Positions 16,567 through 25,941 of a stretch of DNA of 64,000 nt are shown piece after piece. Source of the DNA: a virus (lineage: Duplodnaviria; Caudoviricetes). Each line of letters starts with the position of its first letter. Position 1 is the first letter of the stretch. The DNA lies in IMG/VR virus record IMGVR_UViG_3300011868_000001, positions 96,001 through 160,000 of that record; one strand, given 5' to 3'. Below the pieces are notes generated by a model, which was given only the letters and a program-made list of their open reading frames with translations, did no database searches and had not been told where the DNA came from. Position numbers and translations under genes: made by a program.

Positions 16567-18792
16567 CTATTCGTTGGTGAGTTCCTTACCCGAACACTGG
16601 AACATGTGGCGCATGTACGCCAATGGCCGGTGTCCGCCGACGGGTACCATCTTGCGGTCCAATACTTCTGGAATGTTCGTCGGAGTCGGATGGGTCAACA
16701 GACGCCGCAGCACGAACTTGTGTGCAATCGGGTTGTTACTGGCATCCTTCTGGTCAGCAATGGCTTCACCGCCGCATGTGGCAGCTTCGGCGCGGTATTC
16801 GGATTCACCGACACGGATCGAGGACTGACGACCGGGTGAGTCGTACTTGTCGTTGTTCGACAGGCGTGCCGTGGTACCGAACACGTTACACTTGGCAGAC
16901 GAGGCGGCCATCCAGGAATCTTCGGCTGTCTTCTCCAGGTTGATGTACCAGGAGGGTGCGATCAGCTTGGGTTCACGGGAGACCTTCATCTTGCCGTCAC
17001 GACCCCGGAAACGTACCGGAGTAATGAATGGCGGCCAGCGCTTCTGGATTTCACGGATCACGTCCGGCATGGAGACCGGGTTGTCCGTCGGCATGTACAG
17101 ATACAGTCCGTATAGATGATCCAGCAATACCGATGCCACATGCGTGTGCATGAAGTCCGGGTTCTTTTCACGGAACTTAGGGTCACTCAAGTCTTCGTGC
17201 TGGAATGGCACCACGACCTTGTAAAACTCCATCAGTTCGTTGAACGCTGCCTCCACCAGGTCATTGTTTTCCGGCGTGTAAACGACATCATTGACCTCAT
17301 CCTCGGTCAGCTGGATGTTGCGATCAAAGCCGAAGCTTTCTTGAATCCGCTTACCTAGGTCACGGCCAGCTGCTGAAATGATCATCTCGATCGGAGACGC
17401 CGGGGTTTCCCGGTTCCAGCGAGAGTTCGGGTCCACCACTACGTCAGCGCGGATTCCGTTCTCGTCGACTGGCATGTCTTCGTCGTCGACCACCTCAACC
17501 ACTACCGACTTGTTACCGTTGATGTCGGTGATCTTATAGCCTTTGTTGGGGACTGAGGTGTACTTGAATGTGATCTCCACACGCCAAGCATCCATCTTGA
17601 CCCCACGGTAGACTTTGTCGACCTTACCGCCACCGTCTTCACGCAGCTTGGCATTGAACCCACGGTCCGGTTTGATGTAGTCCGGGCCCACGCGACCGAT
17701 GGCCTCCTTGACGAGTTGGCTAAACTCAGGTTCAAGGCGTAGCGACATGTTGCGCATGGCTGCCTGCTTACGCAGGTTGACCCAGACGTCAACGATCCGG
17801 CGGTACCACTCGGTGTCGGCGTTATAGTACTTCAGCAGTTGCTCTTCCATGCCGACCGGCAGTGGCGGGATATTGATCGAGGTGTTGCGCTCAACCTTGA
17901 TGTCCACAACCACGGCGTCCAAGTGCTGCACGAAACGCTTACGGTCGAAGATGTAGTCGGTCTCAAGCAGAGCCTCAGTCGTCATGTTCGACACCGCACT
18001 GATCGGGTCGTAACGGCGCAGTGCCACCAGCAGGCCAGTGGAGTCTACCTTGTCGCCAAGGTCTGGGAAGATTTTGTACTGCCCAGGTACCCGTGACTGG
18101 TTGATAGGGTAGTACTCCCGACCGAATTCGAACACGCGTGTCTCAAATCCTGTGGGAGCCAGTGCATCCAGATAGCCGCGACGAACCTTGACGCCGTCCT
18201 CAGTCCCGGCGACATCGGAATCCATCAGCAGGTTGGTTTCCCGACCGTACATGTAGTTGCCATGTTCATCGATCAGGGGTGAACGAGCCAGCTTAGTGCC
18301 CTTGCGAAAGCGCTCTCCTTTACGCAGGCGCTCCATGGTATCTGGATCGCGCTTGAACTCGGTACCGAAGTGCTGGTGCGTGACCTGGTAATCGGTCAAC
18401 ATCAACACACCGATTTCACCGGTGTTGTAATTTTCGTAGATCACCGCCGTCTGCGGCGAGTGTTTGATGCGGTTAGCGCCTGCAGTATGGGCAAAGCGCG
18501 GAATGACCTCCAGTACCTGAACATCGTCTGGAAACTCGATAGAAAAGGTCGCCTCCCCAAACGGCCGTTCCATGCCTGACATGATGCGCTTGCGCATCGG
18601 TTCCTTGATGACTACCATCTGGGCGAGGTTGCCGGTGAACATTGCAGCCCGTGATGCCGAAATGTGTCGGATGAACGGATTGAGTCCGTACAAGGACATC
18701 AGTTCGGGTCGCAGCTCGACAGGATTAGTAAGAGCCGGGCTCTTGTAGCGCTGTTCTAATTGTTCTGCGACAGATAGGTTAGTGTTAAGCAT
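16567..18792 (-). CDS. non-virion RNA polymerase beta C-terminal subunit (phiKZ gp71-73-like), uninterrupted
   Basis: SASRAAM, TEDG, KITDINGNKSVV, ADVVVDP and IRVGESE match beta-subunit motifs. Confidence 0.88.
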   Translation of the reverse strand: MLNTNLSVAEQLEQRYKSPALTNPVELRPELMSLYGLNPFIRHISASRAAMFTGNLAQMVVIKEPMRKRIMSGMERPFGEATFSIEFPDDVQVLEVIPRFAHTAGANRIKHSPQTAVIYENYNTGEIGVLMLTDYQVTHQHFGTEFKRDPDTMERLRKGERFRKGTKLARSPLIDEHGNYMYGRETNLLMDSDVAGTEDGVKVRRGYLDALAPTGFETRVFEFGREYYPINQSRVPGQYKIFPDLGDKVDSTGLLVALRRYDPISAVSNMTTEALLETDYIFDRKRFVQHLDAVVVDIKVERNTSINIPPLPVGMEEQLLKYYNADTEWYRRIVDVWVNLRKQAAMRNMSLRLEPEFSQLVKEAIGRVGPDYIKPDRGFNAKLREDGGGKVDKVYRGVKMDAWRVEITFKYTSVPNKGYKITDINGNKSVVVEVVDDEDMPVDENGIRADVVVDPNSRWNRETPASPIEMIISAAGRDLGKRIQESFGFDRNIQLTEDEVNDVVYTPENNDLVEAAFNELMEFYKVVVPFQHEDLSDPKFREKNPDFMHTHVASVLLDHLYGLYLYMPTDNPVSMPDVIREIQKRWPPFITPVRFRGRDGKMKVSREPKLIAPSWYINLEKTAEDSWMAASSAKCNVFGTTARLSNNDKYDSPGRQSSIRVGESEYRAEAATCGGEAIADQKDASNNPIAHKFVLRRLLTHPTPTNIPEVLDRKMVPVGGHRPLAYMRHMFQCSGKELTNE

Positions 18793-18840
18793 CGGTTACT
18801 CCCATTACCTTTTACAGGTCAGCTACTGCTTACCATTGTA

Positions 18841-18867
18841 ATAATGTATCTCTGAAGAAAATTCAAA
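18841..18867 (-). promoter_or_regulatory. putative early promoter
   Basis: Minus strand TTGAA-N13-TACATTAT upstream of the nvRNAP beta gene. Confidence 0.6.
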
Positions 18868-18880
18868 CCAGGAGCCTGAC

Positions 18881-19219
18881 ATGAGTGTCACGTTAAACAA
18901 TCTGATGGTCAACAGCGGTGATACCATGTACCACAGCGCTGATTTCCTCAATTTCGTCCACACCCACAAAGCTTATTTGAAAGCCAATTCAGTGGCGACG
19001 CCACTCGATCCAGGCATTGTCCACAAGTTCGAATATAACTTCGTCTCCCTCCTTGTAGAGTTGGCGTATCCGATGGAAGATTTGATACTACTGATGGTGG
19101 TAAACGACATCGTCTGCCCTACGCAAATGACTCAAGATTTCAAAGAAATCCTTATACCCGATCCCAGCACCGTGAGTCAGTTAAAAGCGTTGTACCGTCA
19201 AACGCCAGGACGCATTTGA
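18881..19219 (+). CDS. small protein, possible LysM-like baseplate wedge protein (T4 gp53-like)
   Basis: AGGAG RBS. ILLMVVNDIVCP...ILIPD resembles gp53/LysM-type motifs. Confidence 0.55.
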   Translation: MSVTLNNLMVNSGDTMYHSADFLNFVHTHKAYLKANSVATPLDPGIVHKFEYNFVSLLVELAYPMEDLILLMVVNDIVCPTQMTQDFKEILIPDPSTVSQLKALYRQTPGRI

Positions 19220-19230
19220 GGACAAAGAAA

Positions 19231-19265
19231 GAGGAGAGGGGTCATCCCCTCTCCTCTATGCCGGC
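19231..19265. terminator. bidirectional hairpin with TATGCCG flank
   Basis: GAGGAGAGGG-GTCAT-CCCCTCTCCTC-TATGCCGG between convergent genes. Confidence 0.65.
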
Positions 19266-20582
19266 TCAGAACCCCAAACGGCCGCTGCCATTCCCGAAAG
19301 AACGGCGACCGAATGAACGTTCGTCGCGGCGGTTGAAGCCGAAATCACGATCGCGGTCACGCCCACCGCCCTCGTAACGACGCTCGCTGCCGCGGCCGAA
19401 GCTGCGTTCACGAGAAGAGTCACGATCACGGGAGAAGGAGAACGATTGACGGTCCTCGCTACGGCGGCCGAAGCTGTGGCGACGATCATCGTCATCACGG
19501 CGACCACCATGGAGGAACTCATCCAGCGACTTACCGCGTTTCTGAGGTTCGGCACGGCGCTCGGCAGTGCGGCGCGGTGCTTCACGTTCTTCTTCCCACG
19601 GCAGGTCGACTACTTCGTCTTCCTTCTCGCGACTGGCGCGGTCACGGTTGGCCGGCGCGATGCGACTGGCGACTTTCTCGGCGATTTCTTCCTTGCTCTT
19701 GGGCTCGGAGACAATGATGGCGCCTTCGTTACCTTCCTGAGGAGGTACCAGACGACGCATCTCTGCCAGACCGTCCATACCCTCATGCCAGGTCAGGTCG
19801 ATGGTCAGGCTTTCAACGATCTCTTTGCCGAGCAGTTTCTTGTGCTGCTTGATCACCTCGTTAAGGTGCGTGGCCATGTTGAAATAGCCAGTCATCAGCG
19901 CATGGAAGTAAGGCGCCACCATGTTCTTGCTGCCGTAGTCGTAGGAGGCACGAGTTTCCTCATCGCCCAGCACGATTTCGAACAGCGCACGCAGGGTGTT
20001 GCGGGCCTTCTTGGACGGGTACTTCACCCCGAGCAGATCAGGTTCATCGGTCAGCAGAGCATCGAGGACCGGGAACTTGAACTTGACCGAACGCAGGACG
20101 CCATCGGCCTTCTGGCCCTTACGCAGGCTGATCGACACCAGACGCTTTTCCGGCTCCGGACCGACCCGCAGGACGACCTTCTGGAGAAACTCGTAGGTGC
20201 GCTCATCCATCTCGCTCAGCTGCTTGAGGTACTTGCCCGAAGCAGGATCAAGGCGCTTGTGCTCGCTCGGCGTGGCCGCCACCCGACCCAGCTCAGTGAT
20301 CAGCGTGACGCTGGTCAGGGTGAGCTTGTACATGATCGAATCACGCAGCGACTTGATCATGTCGGATTCCGCGCGGGTGATGTTCTCCGACAGCGGATGG
20401 TAAATGATGGTGCCTTCGCCATTGCTGCGCAGGTGCTCGGACGTTGGCAGCACCACGCGCTTGCCGTTGATGGTAAACGGACTGGTGCCTTCGCCGATAA
20501 CGCGGCTCAAGTGACCCTTGCCGGTTTCATCGATGATACCGATCGAGTTCAGAACTCGGGTGTTAAACTCATGAAGGTCCAT
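19266..20582 (-). CDS. conserved core protein (phiKZ gp70-like position) with R/S/D/G-rich disordered tail
   Basis: 438 aa, AAGGAG RBS, repeated SFG units in the tail; lies between the PicA-like and beta genes. Confidence 0.75.
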   Translation of the reverse strand: MDLHEFNTRVLNSIGIIDETGKGHLSRVIGEGTSPFTINGKRVVLPTSEHLRSNGEGTIIYHPLSENITRAESDMIKSLRDSIMYKLTLTSVTLITELGRVAATPSEHKRLDPASGKYLKQLSEMDERTYEFLQKVVLRVGPEPEKRLVSISLRKGQKADGVLRSVKFKFPVLDALLTDEPDLLGVKYPSKKARNTLRALFEIVLGDEETRASYDYGSKNMVAPYFHALMTGYFNMATHLNEVIKQHKKLLGKEIVESLTIDLTWHEGMDGLAEMRRLVPPQEGNEGAIIVSEPKSKEEIAEKVASRIAPANRDRASREKEDEVVDLPWEEEREAPRRTAERRAEPQKRGKSLDEFLHGGRRDDDDRRHSFGRRSEDRQSFSFSRDRDSSRERSFGRGSERRYEGGGRDRDRDFGFNRRDERSFGRRSFGNGSGRLGF

Positions 20583-20591
20583 GGATACTCC

Positions 20592-22076
20592 TTAGAAGCG
20601 GTAGCCGCTAGAATCGGTGATGATGTTGCTGACGCCACTGTCGCGTTCGTTACTGCCAAGCGAATCGACGATACCCACCAGCGTCTCGCCCATCCGTTCG
20701 ATGCACTTGCGGTCATCGACAACCACAGGTGCTACCAGCGAGTCACAGAACACAGGGAACGCGAACTCGGCTGGGTCTTCGCCCTCAAGCTGGATGTTGA
20801 TCACGACGTCACTTGCCAGGCTGGCGTTAACGCGCAAATCGAACATGCAGTTCTCCCACGGCAGCATGTCGACAAACAGTTCGGTGATAAGGCGCTGTTC
20901 GAACGCCATCAGGGCTTGTTGGTTGATGGTCTTACCCAGAATCGGCAGGCATTCTGGAATCATGATTACCGGCTCGCCCATGTGAGCGTAGTTGTTGGCT
21001 TCGAACTGAACGTGGGCCAGGTGATGGAACGCCATGTACGTTGGCAGAGCACGCGCCACCTGAATCGCCGCCAGGGTGGTGTTATCCCGGCCGCCCCAAT
21101 CCGTAGAGTCTCGCGAGAAGTCACGAGCAGTCTCAGGACGTTCGAAGAACACCTTGACATCGTCCCAGGGGAAGTCCGGATTCATCGCGACGAGTTCGCC
21201 GTAGGTGATGAACCCTTGTTCAAGGATGTTGGTGTCACGGGCCAAGTCGGCAAACGGTGCCAGGCTGGTGAAGGAACGCTCACGTACCTGACTGCGGGCA
21301 TCGCGCATGATCTGGCTAGTATCACGCTCCAGACCGTTGCCGTCGCCGAACACCTCACCTTCGTTGGCGGTGGTCAGTGCTTTGAGCGAACGATGGAAGT
21401 AACGCGTCGAGGAGTCGTTCCAACGATTAGACATACGCAGGCCCGGCTGGGTGAAGCTATTGCGCATGTCCATGAACTGACCCGATTCAGCACGACGGCT
21501 GAAGGCGGTAGACAGTACATCCTTAGGGCTGGACTGGAACACGTCCTCCGGACGCATGGTCATGGTGCCTGGTGACAGGCGATCCCGACTGAAGTCCGGC
21601 ATGGTCTGCGGTGCGATCAGGTGATTGGAACCGGCAATCTGAGTACGCCAGGACGCGCCTGTGGGCGAATCCATGTAGCTCTGATTGATCTCGGTGACCG
21701 AGTTGAAGTACATGGCCATGTCTTCGGCCATCTTAACGCCACGCAGGCTGTTGGTCGCACCTACAAAGTCGGTATGACCGGTGATCTCAAGCATGGAGCG
21801 CGCGGTCTTCGAGTCACGGACCATAACGGTCATGATGAACATGAAGCGCTTCTCACCCCAACCGTTGGCGATGCGCGCAGCAGTGTGGGCGTTGGCCTGA
21901 GGGCGGATGATCCGACCGGCAACACGGCTCAAAGCGGCTGGAGACAAGTCCGTACCGCCACGGGTGTCGTGGTCGAGTTGGGTGATGAGTTCACTGGTCG
22001 CATCCGAGGCCCAGGGGCGAAGCTGAAGGTCGCGATAGCCCGAACGCTCACGAAAAACGATATCAACTAACTGCAT
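20592..22076 (-). CDS. picA: putative nuclear import factor PicA/Imp1 (phiKZ gp69-like)
   Basis: About 494 aa directly downstream of the gp68-like gene; GGAG RBS before MQLVDI. Assignment rests on synteny and size. Confidence 0.6.
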   Translation of the reverse strand: MQLVDIVFRERSGYRDLQLRPWASDATSELITQLDHDTRGGTDLSPAALSRVAGRIIRPQANAHTAARIANGWGEKRFMFIMTVMVRDSKTARSMLEITGHTDFVGATNSLRGVKMAEDMAMYFNSVTEINQSYMDSPTGASWRTQIAGSNHLIAPQTMPDFSRDRLSPGTMTMRPEDVFQSSPKDVLSTAFSRRAESGQFMDMRNSFTQPGLRMSNRWNDSSTRYFHRSLKALTTANEGEVFGDGNGLERDTSQIMRDARSQVRERSFTSLAPFADLARDTNILEQGFITYGELVAMNPDFPWDDVKVFFERPETARDFSRDSTDWGGRDNTTLAAIQVARALPTYMAFHHLAHVQFEANNYAHMGEPVIMIPECLPILGKTINQQALMAFEQRLITELFVDMLPWENCMFDLRVNASLASDVVINIQLEGEDPAEFAFPVFCDSLVAPVVVDDRKCIERMGETLVGIVDSLGSNERDSGVSNIITDSSGYRF

Positions 22077-23631
22077 GTTGGTGGCTCCCGATGATGTTGT
22101 TGACACGAATGATCATGTCGGCAAGTTGTCGTTTGATGTCCCCTGAAATGTACATGTGCCCGGTTTGAGCAAGCATGGGGATCTTCTCGATGATGTCACG
22201 TGGTGCATGAGGTTTCCAAGCACGGCCGCTCATTTGCTCAACGACCTGGTCAATGGCGATCACCGCCACATTGCTGCGCTTACCAGGGTCTTGGCGCTTG
22301 GTTTCCTGACGGTAATATGGGTACTGTCGATCCAGAATCTCCGCTTGTTGTTTGGTGATTTTGTTACGGGTCTCGCTCGGCATGAATGCCGCGTCGCCAT
22401 CTTCGTGGAAGTATTCTTCAGCCGAGACCAGAATGGCCAGCTCGTAATACCCCCAGTGTGCCAGAATCGCTTGCGCCATGCCCATCAACCGGAAATGCGT
22501 AAGCTTAAGCAGCAGGTCACGCGCCTCAGGTGAGATGGAACGAATCACCCAGAACACCATGGCTTTCTGGAAGGGCTCGATCGGGCGGATGTCGGCTCGA
22601 GAACAGATCGAGATGCACTGCTGAACTCGACCGAGGTCAAGATCGGGTGCGATCCGGTTGATGATGATGTCAGCCTTCTCGGTGAAGACCTCGATCATCT
22701 GCCGGTCGCCTTCGGTGATCTCTTGTGTCTGACTGTAGTCATCCAGCACCGAGGAGTTATCCTCGTCGTTCTTGTCCAGCGTACGGTGGCGCTTGGGCTG
22801 GACCAGTCCGGTCACACTCTGAAAACGACCGTCCATCCGCAAATGAGTGCCGGTGACGTAGTTAAACAGAATGCGTGCCAGGCTGTCACGCTCGATCGAT
22901 GTCGACAGAGGGCCGATGGAAATCTTGCGCACCAGGGCCATGGCCATCAGATGCCGCGGCACTTCCTCGCTGGAAAGACCGGCCATGACCATGGTCATGC
23001 TGATGTCCTTATCCACGCTGGCTTCGATGTACTCGACCATGCGGATATAAGGCGGCCACTTGTCGAGCCCGGCCAGTTCAATCAGCTTGACTGCCTCGGA
23101 CTCCTTGTAGCCGTTGCCGTTGATGCTCGATACGTTCTGGATGTACATCCCCCAGATCGGTACCATGAAACGCAGCCCGAGAGCCATCGCCACCATATCC
23201 AAGTAATCGGACCGGATGTAGGTACGGCTACGGTAATTGCGCCCGCGTTCGTTGAACTCCTCGAACTTCTCGCTGACATCACTGGGGATGGTGAGGCCGG
23301 CTCGGTCAACGAAGCTACGCAGGGCATCGTACGTGATCAGGGTATACAGCTTCTTGACCACCGCCTCGATACGTTCACGCACCATGAACGAGGAACGGAT
23401 TTCTTCGGAAGAAAGGTATTCGTCGACCTTGACGTACAGGGCCCACAGTTGGTCCTGGACATCTTCAGGCAGGGTAGCGATAAACTCATTGGTCTCCTTG
23501 AATAGCACTTCACGATTGAGGATGGCCGCCGAATGATAGCTGCCGGCCGACAACACCATTTCATGACCCTTGTGATCGAGCCGGATGGTGTTAATCCCCT
23601 TCGGGGACAGCTCTTGGACGTGTATCCGCAT
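22063..23631 (-). CDS. non-virion RNA polymerase promoter-specificity subunit (phiKZ gp68-like)
   Basis: About 522 aa helical protein in the chmC-gp68-picA-gp70-beta-beta-prime-helicase block; early promoter motif upstream. Confidence 0.65.
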   Translation of the reverse strand: MRIHVQELSPKGINTIRLDHKGHEMVLSAGSYHSAAILNREVLFKETNEFIATLPEDVQDQLWALYVKVDEYLSSEEIRSSFMVRERIEAVVKKLYTLITYDALRSFVDRAGLTIPSDVSEKFEEFNERGRNYRSRTYIRSDYLDMVAMALGLRFMVPIWGMYIQNVSSINGNGYKESEAVKLIELAGLDKWPPYIRMVEYIEASVDKDISMTMVMAGLSSEEVPRHLMAMALVRKISIGPLSTSIERDSLARILFNYVTGTHLRMDGRFQSVTGLVQPKRHRTLDKNDEDNSSVLDDYSQTQEITEGDRQMIEVFTEKADIIINRIAPDLDLGRVQQCISICSRADIRPIEPFQKAMVFWVIRSISPEARDLLLKLTHFRLMGMAQAILAHWGYYELAILVSAEEYFHEDGDAAFMPSETRNKITKQQAEILDRQYPYYRQETKRQDPGKRSNVAVIAIDQVVEQMSGRAWKPHAPRDIIEKIPMLAQTGHMYISGDIKRQLADMIIRVNNIIGSHQHAVS

Positions 23632-23667
23632 TGTTTTGACAACCTCAGTGGTTACTGGATTCAAAAA

Positions 23668-23696
23668 GATAATGTATTGCTGTAGAACGGTTCAAT
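23668..23696 (-). promoter_or_regulatory. putative early promoter
   Basis: Minus strand TTGAA-N14-TACATTAT. Confidence 0.5.
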
Positions 23697-23725
23697 AAAA
23701 CGATTTTCCCTGGCTAAGGGTATAG

Positions 23726-23756
23726 TCGACACTGGACCGAATCGGTCCAGTGTCGA
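23726..23756. terminator. hairpin
   Basis: TCGACACTGGACCGA-A-TCGGTCCAGTGTCGA perfect inverted repeat downstream of the HNH gene. Confidence 0.6.
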
Positions 23757-23765
23757 GGTGCTCAG

Positions 23766-24209
23766 TTAAGCAAGAACTGTAGTAAAGATAAACTCGCTGT
23801 CTTCCATCTGTTTTTTCTTGCCTTTGATATACGGGTTATTTTCTCCCGTACGGCTCCGACAATAGTCAAGAAATTTAGGGTAATTAAGGTTTTCCTTTTG
23901 AGTACCCCATCTCAGATTTTCTGACGAGTTATTGCGCGAATTCTCGTCCTCGTGTAGAGCAAGCTGGCCGGGGGCCGGCGGACCATTAAAAGCTTCGCAC
24001 ACCAAACGTGCCACCTTGAGTGTCTTCTTTCCACGGCGAGGGTATACATACCTCTCCCCATCCCATTGTCCCTTAGTTGGGACACCGCCATACTGGCGGG
24101 TCCCTCCATAGGGCATCTGGGATTCGTACGGAAGTGTCATAATTCGTCCGTGGGAAGACACTAACAGATCTGGATTAGACGGCGAGCGTCGCCAGACCTC
24201 ATCCATCAT
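23766..24209 (-). CDS. free-standing NUMOD4-HNH homing endonuclease
   Basis: EVWR...VSSHGRI, RLVCEAF and H.DENSRNN...NLRWGTQKEN. Confidence 0.85.
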   Translation of the reverse strand: MMDEVWRRSPSNPDLLVSSHGRIMTLPYESQMPYGGTRQYGGVPTKGQWDGERYVYPRRGKKTLKVARLVCEAFNGPPAPGQLALHEDENSRNNSSENLRWGTQKENLNYPKFLDYCRSRTGENNPYIKGKKKQMEDSEFIFTTVLA

Positions 24210-24988
24210 AAAGGCACATCGTCGTCGAAGGAGAAATCGTTTCCACCGGAAGGAGCTGCCGAGGACGTCTGTCCACCGTTGCCACCGCCATTGTTGTTCC
24301 AGCTGCCCCCGCCTTGGCGGTTGCCACCACTGTTGTTGTTCCAGCTGCCACCGCCTTGACCGCCACGGTTGCCGCCGTTGTTGTTCCAGTTACCGCCGCC
24401 CTGACCACCTTGACGGTTACGATCCATCCAGGCCGGACGGACGTAGTTGTCGGCGATGACTTGGTTGACATAGGTACGGACTGTATCGACCCAACCCAGG
24501 CAGTACAGACGAGAAGCAACCGAGACTGGCATCGGGCCATTGGCGTCACGGAAGTTGTGGTAGGTCTCGTCGAGGAACGGGAACTCGATCAGGGGACGGT
24601 TCTTGCCCGCACTGATGCAGATGGAGATGACGCCTTCGGCATTCTTCTCGATCTTGATGGTGCTCATGATCGACGGGTTCGGGTCGCGCTTCTTATCGAT
24701 GAAACGGTGACCTTTGTTGTCCATCATGATGCTGGTCGGTTCTTTGTGGTTGGCCACAGCTTCGACCGCCCGCAGGAACGCATGGAAGGTGCGGTTGTTA
24801 AACGCCGCTTCGATCTTGCCATGGTTACGGTCGTTCGGGACGCGGGTCTTGACCACCAGACGGGGGTTGTTCTCGTAGTAGGCAGGGCGGAGCGTGGGAT
24901 CGCCTTCCATGCCGTCCTGGCGCTTGGCTTTCAGCGCCAGCGAGGGTTCATCCAGGATCGTCTCGGGACGCTGATTGGTTTCGCTCAT
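24206..24988 (-). CDS. chmC: ChmC-like nucleic-acid-binding protein (phiKZ gp67-like) with G/N-rich tail
   Basis: 260 aa upstream of the gp68-like gene; GGNWNNNGG-type repeats; acidic end FSFDDDVPL. Confidence 0.65.
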   Translation of the reverse strand: MSETNQRPETILDEPSLALKAKRQDGMEGDPTLRPAYYENNPRLVVKTRVPNDRNHGKIEAAFNNRTFHAFLRAVEAVANHKEPTSIMMDNKGHRFIDKKRDPNPSIMSTIKIEKNAEGVISICISAGKNRPLIEFPFLDETYHNFRDANGPMPVSVASRLYCLGWVDTVRTYVNQVIADNYVRPAWMDRNRQGGQGGGNWNNNGGNRGGQGGGSWNNNSGGNRQGGGSWNNNGGGNGGQTSSAAPSGGNDFSFDDDVPL

Positions 24989-25062
24989 TTTGGTCTCTCC
25001 AAGTACACGGCTTTACTCAAATAGATACAGGCCGCAGTTTATTTTTTACCCACCGAAATGCC

Positions 25063-25932
25063 TCATGCCTTCGAATAGAGGTTCATCACCAGTTTTTCAA
25101 GCTCCGGCTCATACGCCTTCTTGAGCGAACTGAGGATGTAGTCCTTCGTTGTCATGGACGTCCAGCGATTCTTTTGGGCGATGTCGAGCATCGTCCGACG
25201 ATACTTGATCGGGAAGGCAGTAAACAAGTTACTGTTATCGCCGAAGAACTGGATGGTCATCCGGTCAAAGGGGATGTTGCTCAGTTCTTTGCCGTTTGAC
25301 AGTTTAGTGTGCCAAAGTGCAGGAGGCTTGGTTGCACCCGTGTGCGACTCCAGCAACGTCAGCGAATTGAACCTATAACGTTGAAGCAAATCCACGGCAT
25401 AGCTGGTCATCATCAGGACGCGACGATTGTCATTTTCCAAATCGATGTCCGTTTCCATGATCTTGATCGATGGGTTGCGGCTGAGCTGCTCCATCAATTC
25501 AATGATAGCGTTCTCTTCACGCAAGGCTGCCAGCTTCTGCTTTTCAGTGTTGGCCGCTTTCAAAATGGCGTAAGGAAAACGTTTAGGAATGCCGCGGTAG
25601 TTACACAGATAAATCTGTGTCTTAACCCGCCCACTGCTGACACGTGCGACCGATTGCTCGATGATTGTCATCTCATTGATAAGGGCGTACGCCAGGTCTT
25701 CTGGGAAGACGTCGTTCAAACGCTCTGAGTCAATGGCACCGATCAAGTTGCGGATCAGGGTGCGCAGATTGACGTACAATACGTCAATCTGATTGATGAT
25801 CGGGTTATGGTTGGGGTTGTCCTCGAGGATGCCGAAGGCACCCTCAAGCGCCAAGCTACTGCCTATGGAGATAGGTATCTGACCCACCTCCCGGCTGGAG
25901 ATGGTTTCCATGGCCCGTGCATCAAATGCCAT
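25063..25932 (-). CDS. conserved core hypothetical protein (phiKZ gp66-like position)
   Basis: 289 aa with GGAGG RBS, between the SbcD-like gene and chmC. Confidence 0.75.
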   Translation of the reverse strand: MAFDARAMETISSREVGQIPISIGSSLALEGAFGILEDNPNHNPIINQIDVLYVNLRTLIRNLIGAIDSERLNDVFPEDLAYALINEMTIIEQSVARVSSGRVKTQIYLCNYRGIPKRFPYAILKAANTEKQKLAALREENAIIELMEQLSRNPSIKIMETDIDLENDNRRVLMMTSYAVDLLQRYRFNSLTLLESHTGATKPPALWHTKLSNGKELSNIPFDRMTIQFFGDNSNLFTAFPIKYRRTMLDIAQKNRWTSMTTKDYILSSLKKAYEPELEKLVMNLYSKA

Positions 25933-25941
25933 GTGGCCTCC

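Noticed and set aside
16567-18792. Intron in the nvRNAP beta gene, as recalled for phiKZ gp71-73
   Set aside because: The ORF is continuous with all motifs present.
19446-21575. 709-aa plus-strand ORF
   Set aside because: Antisense shadow of the gp70-like and picA-like genes; no motifs recognised.
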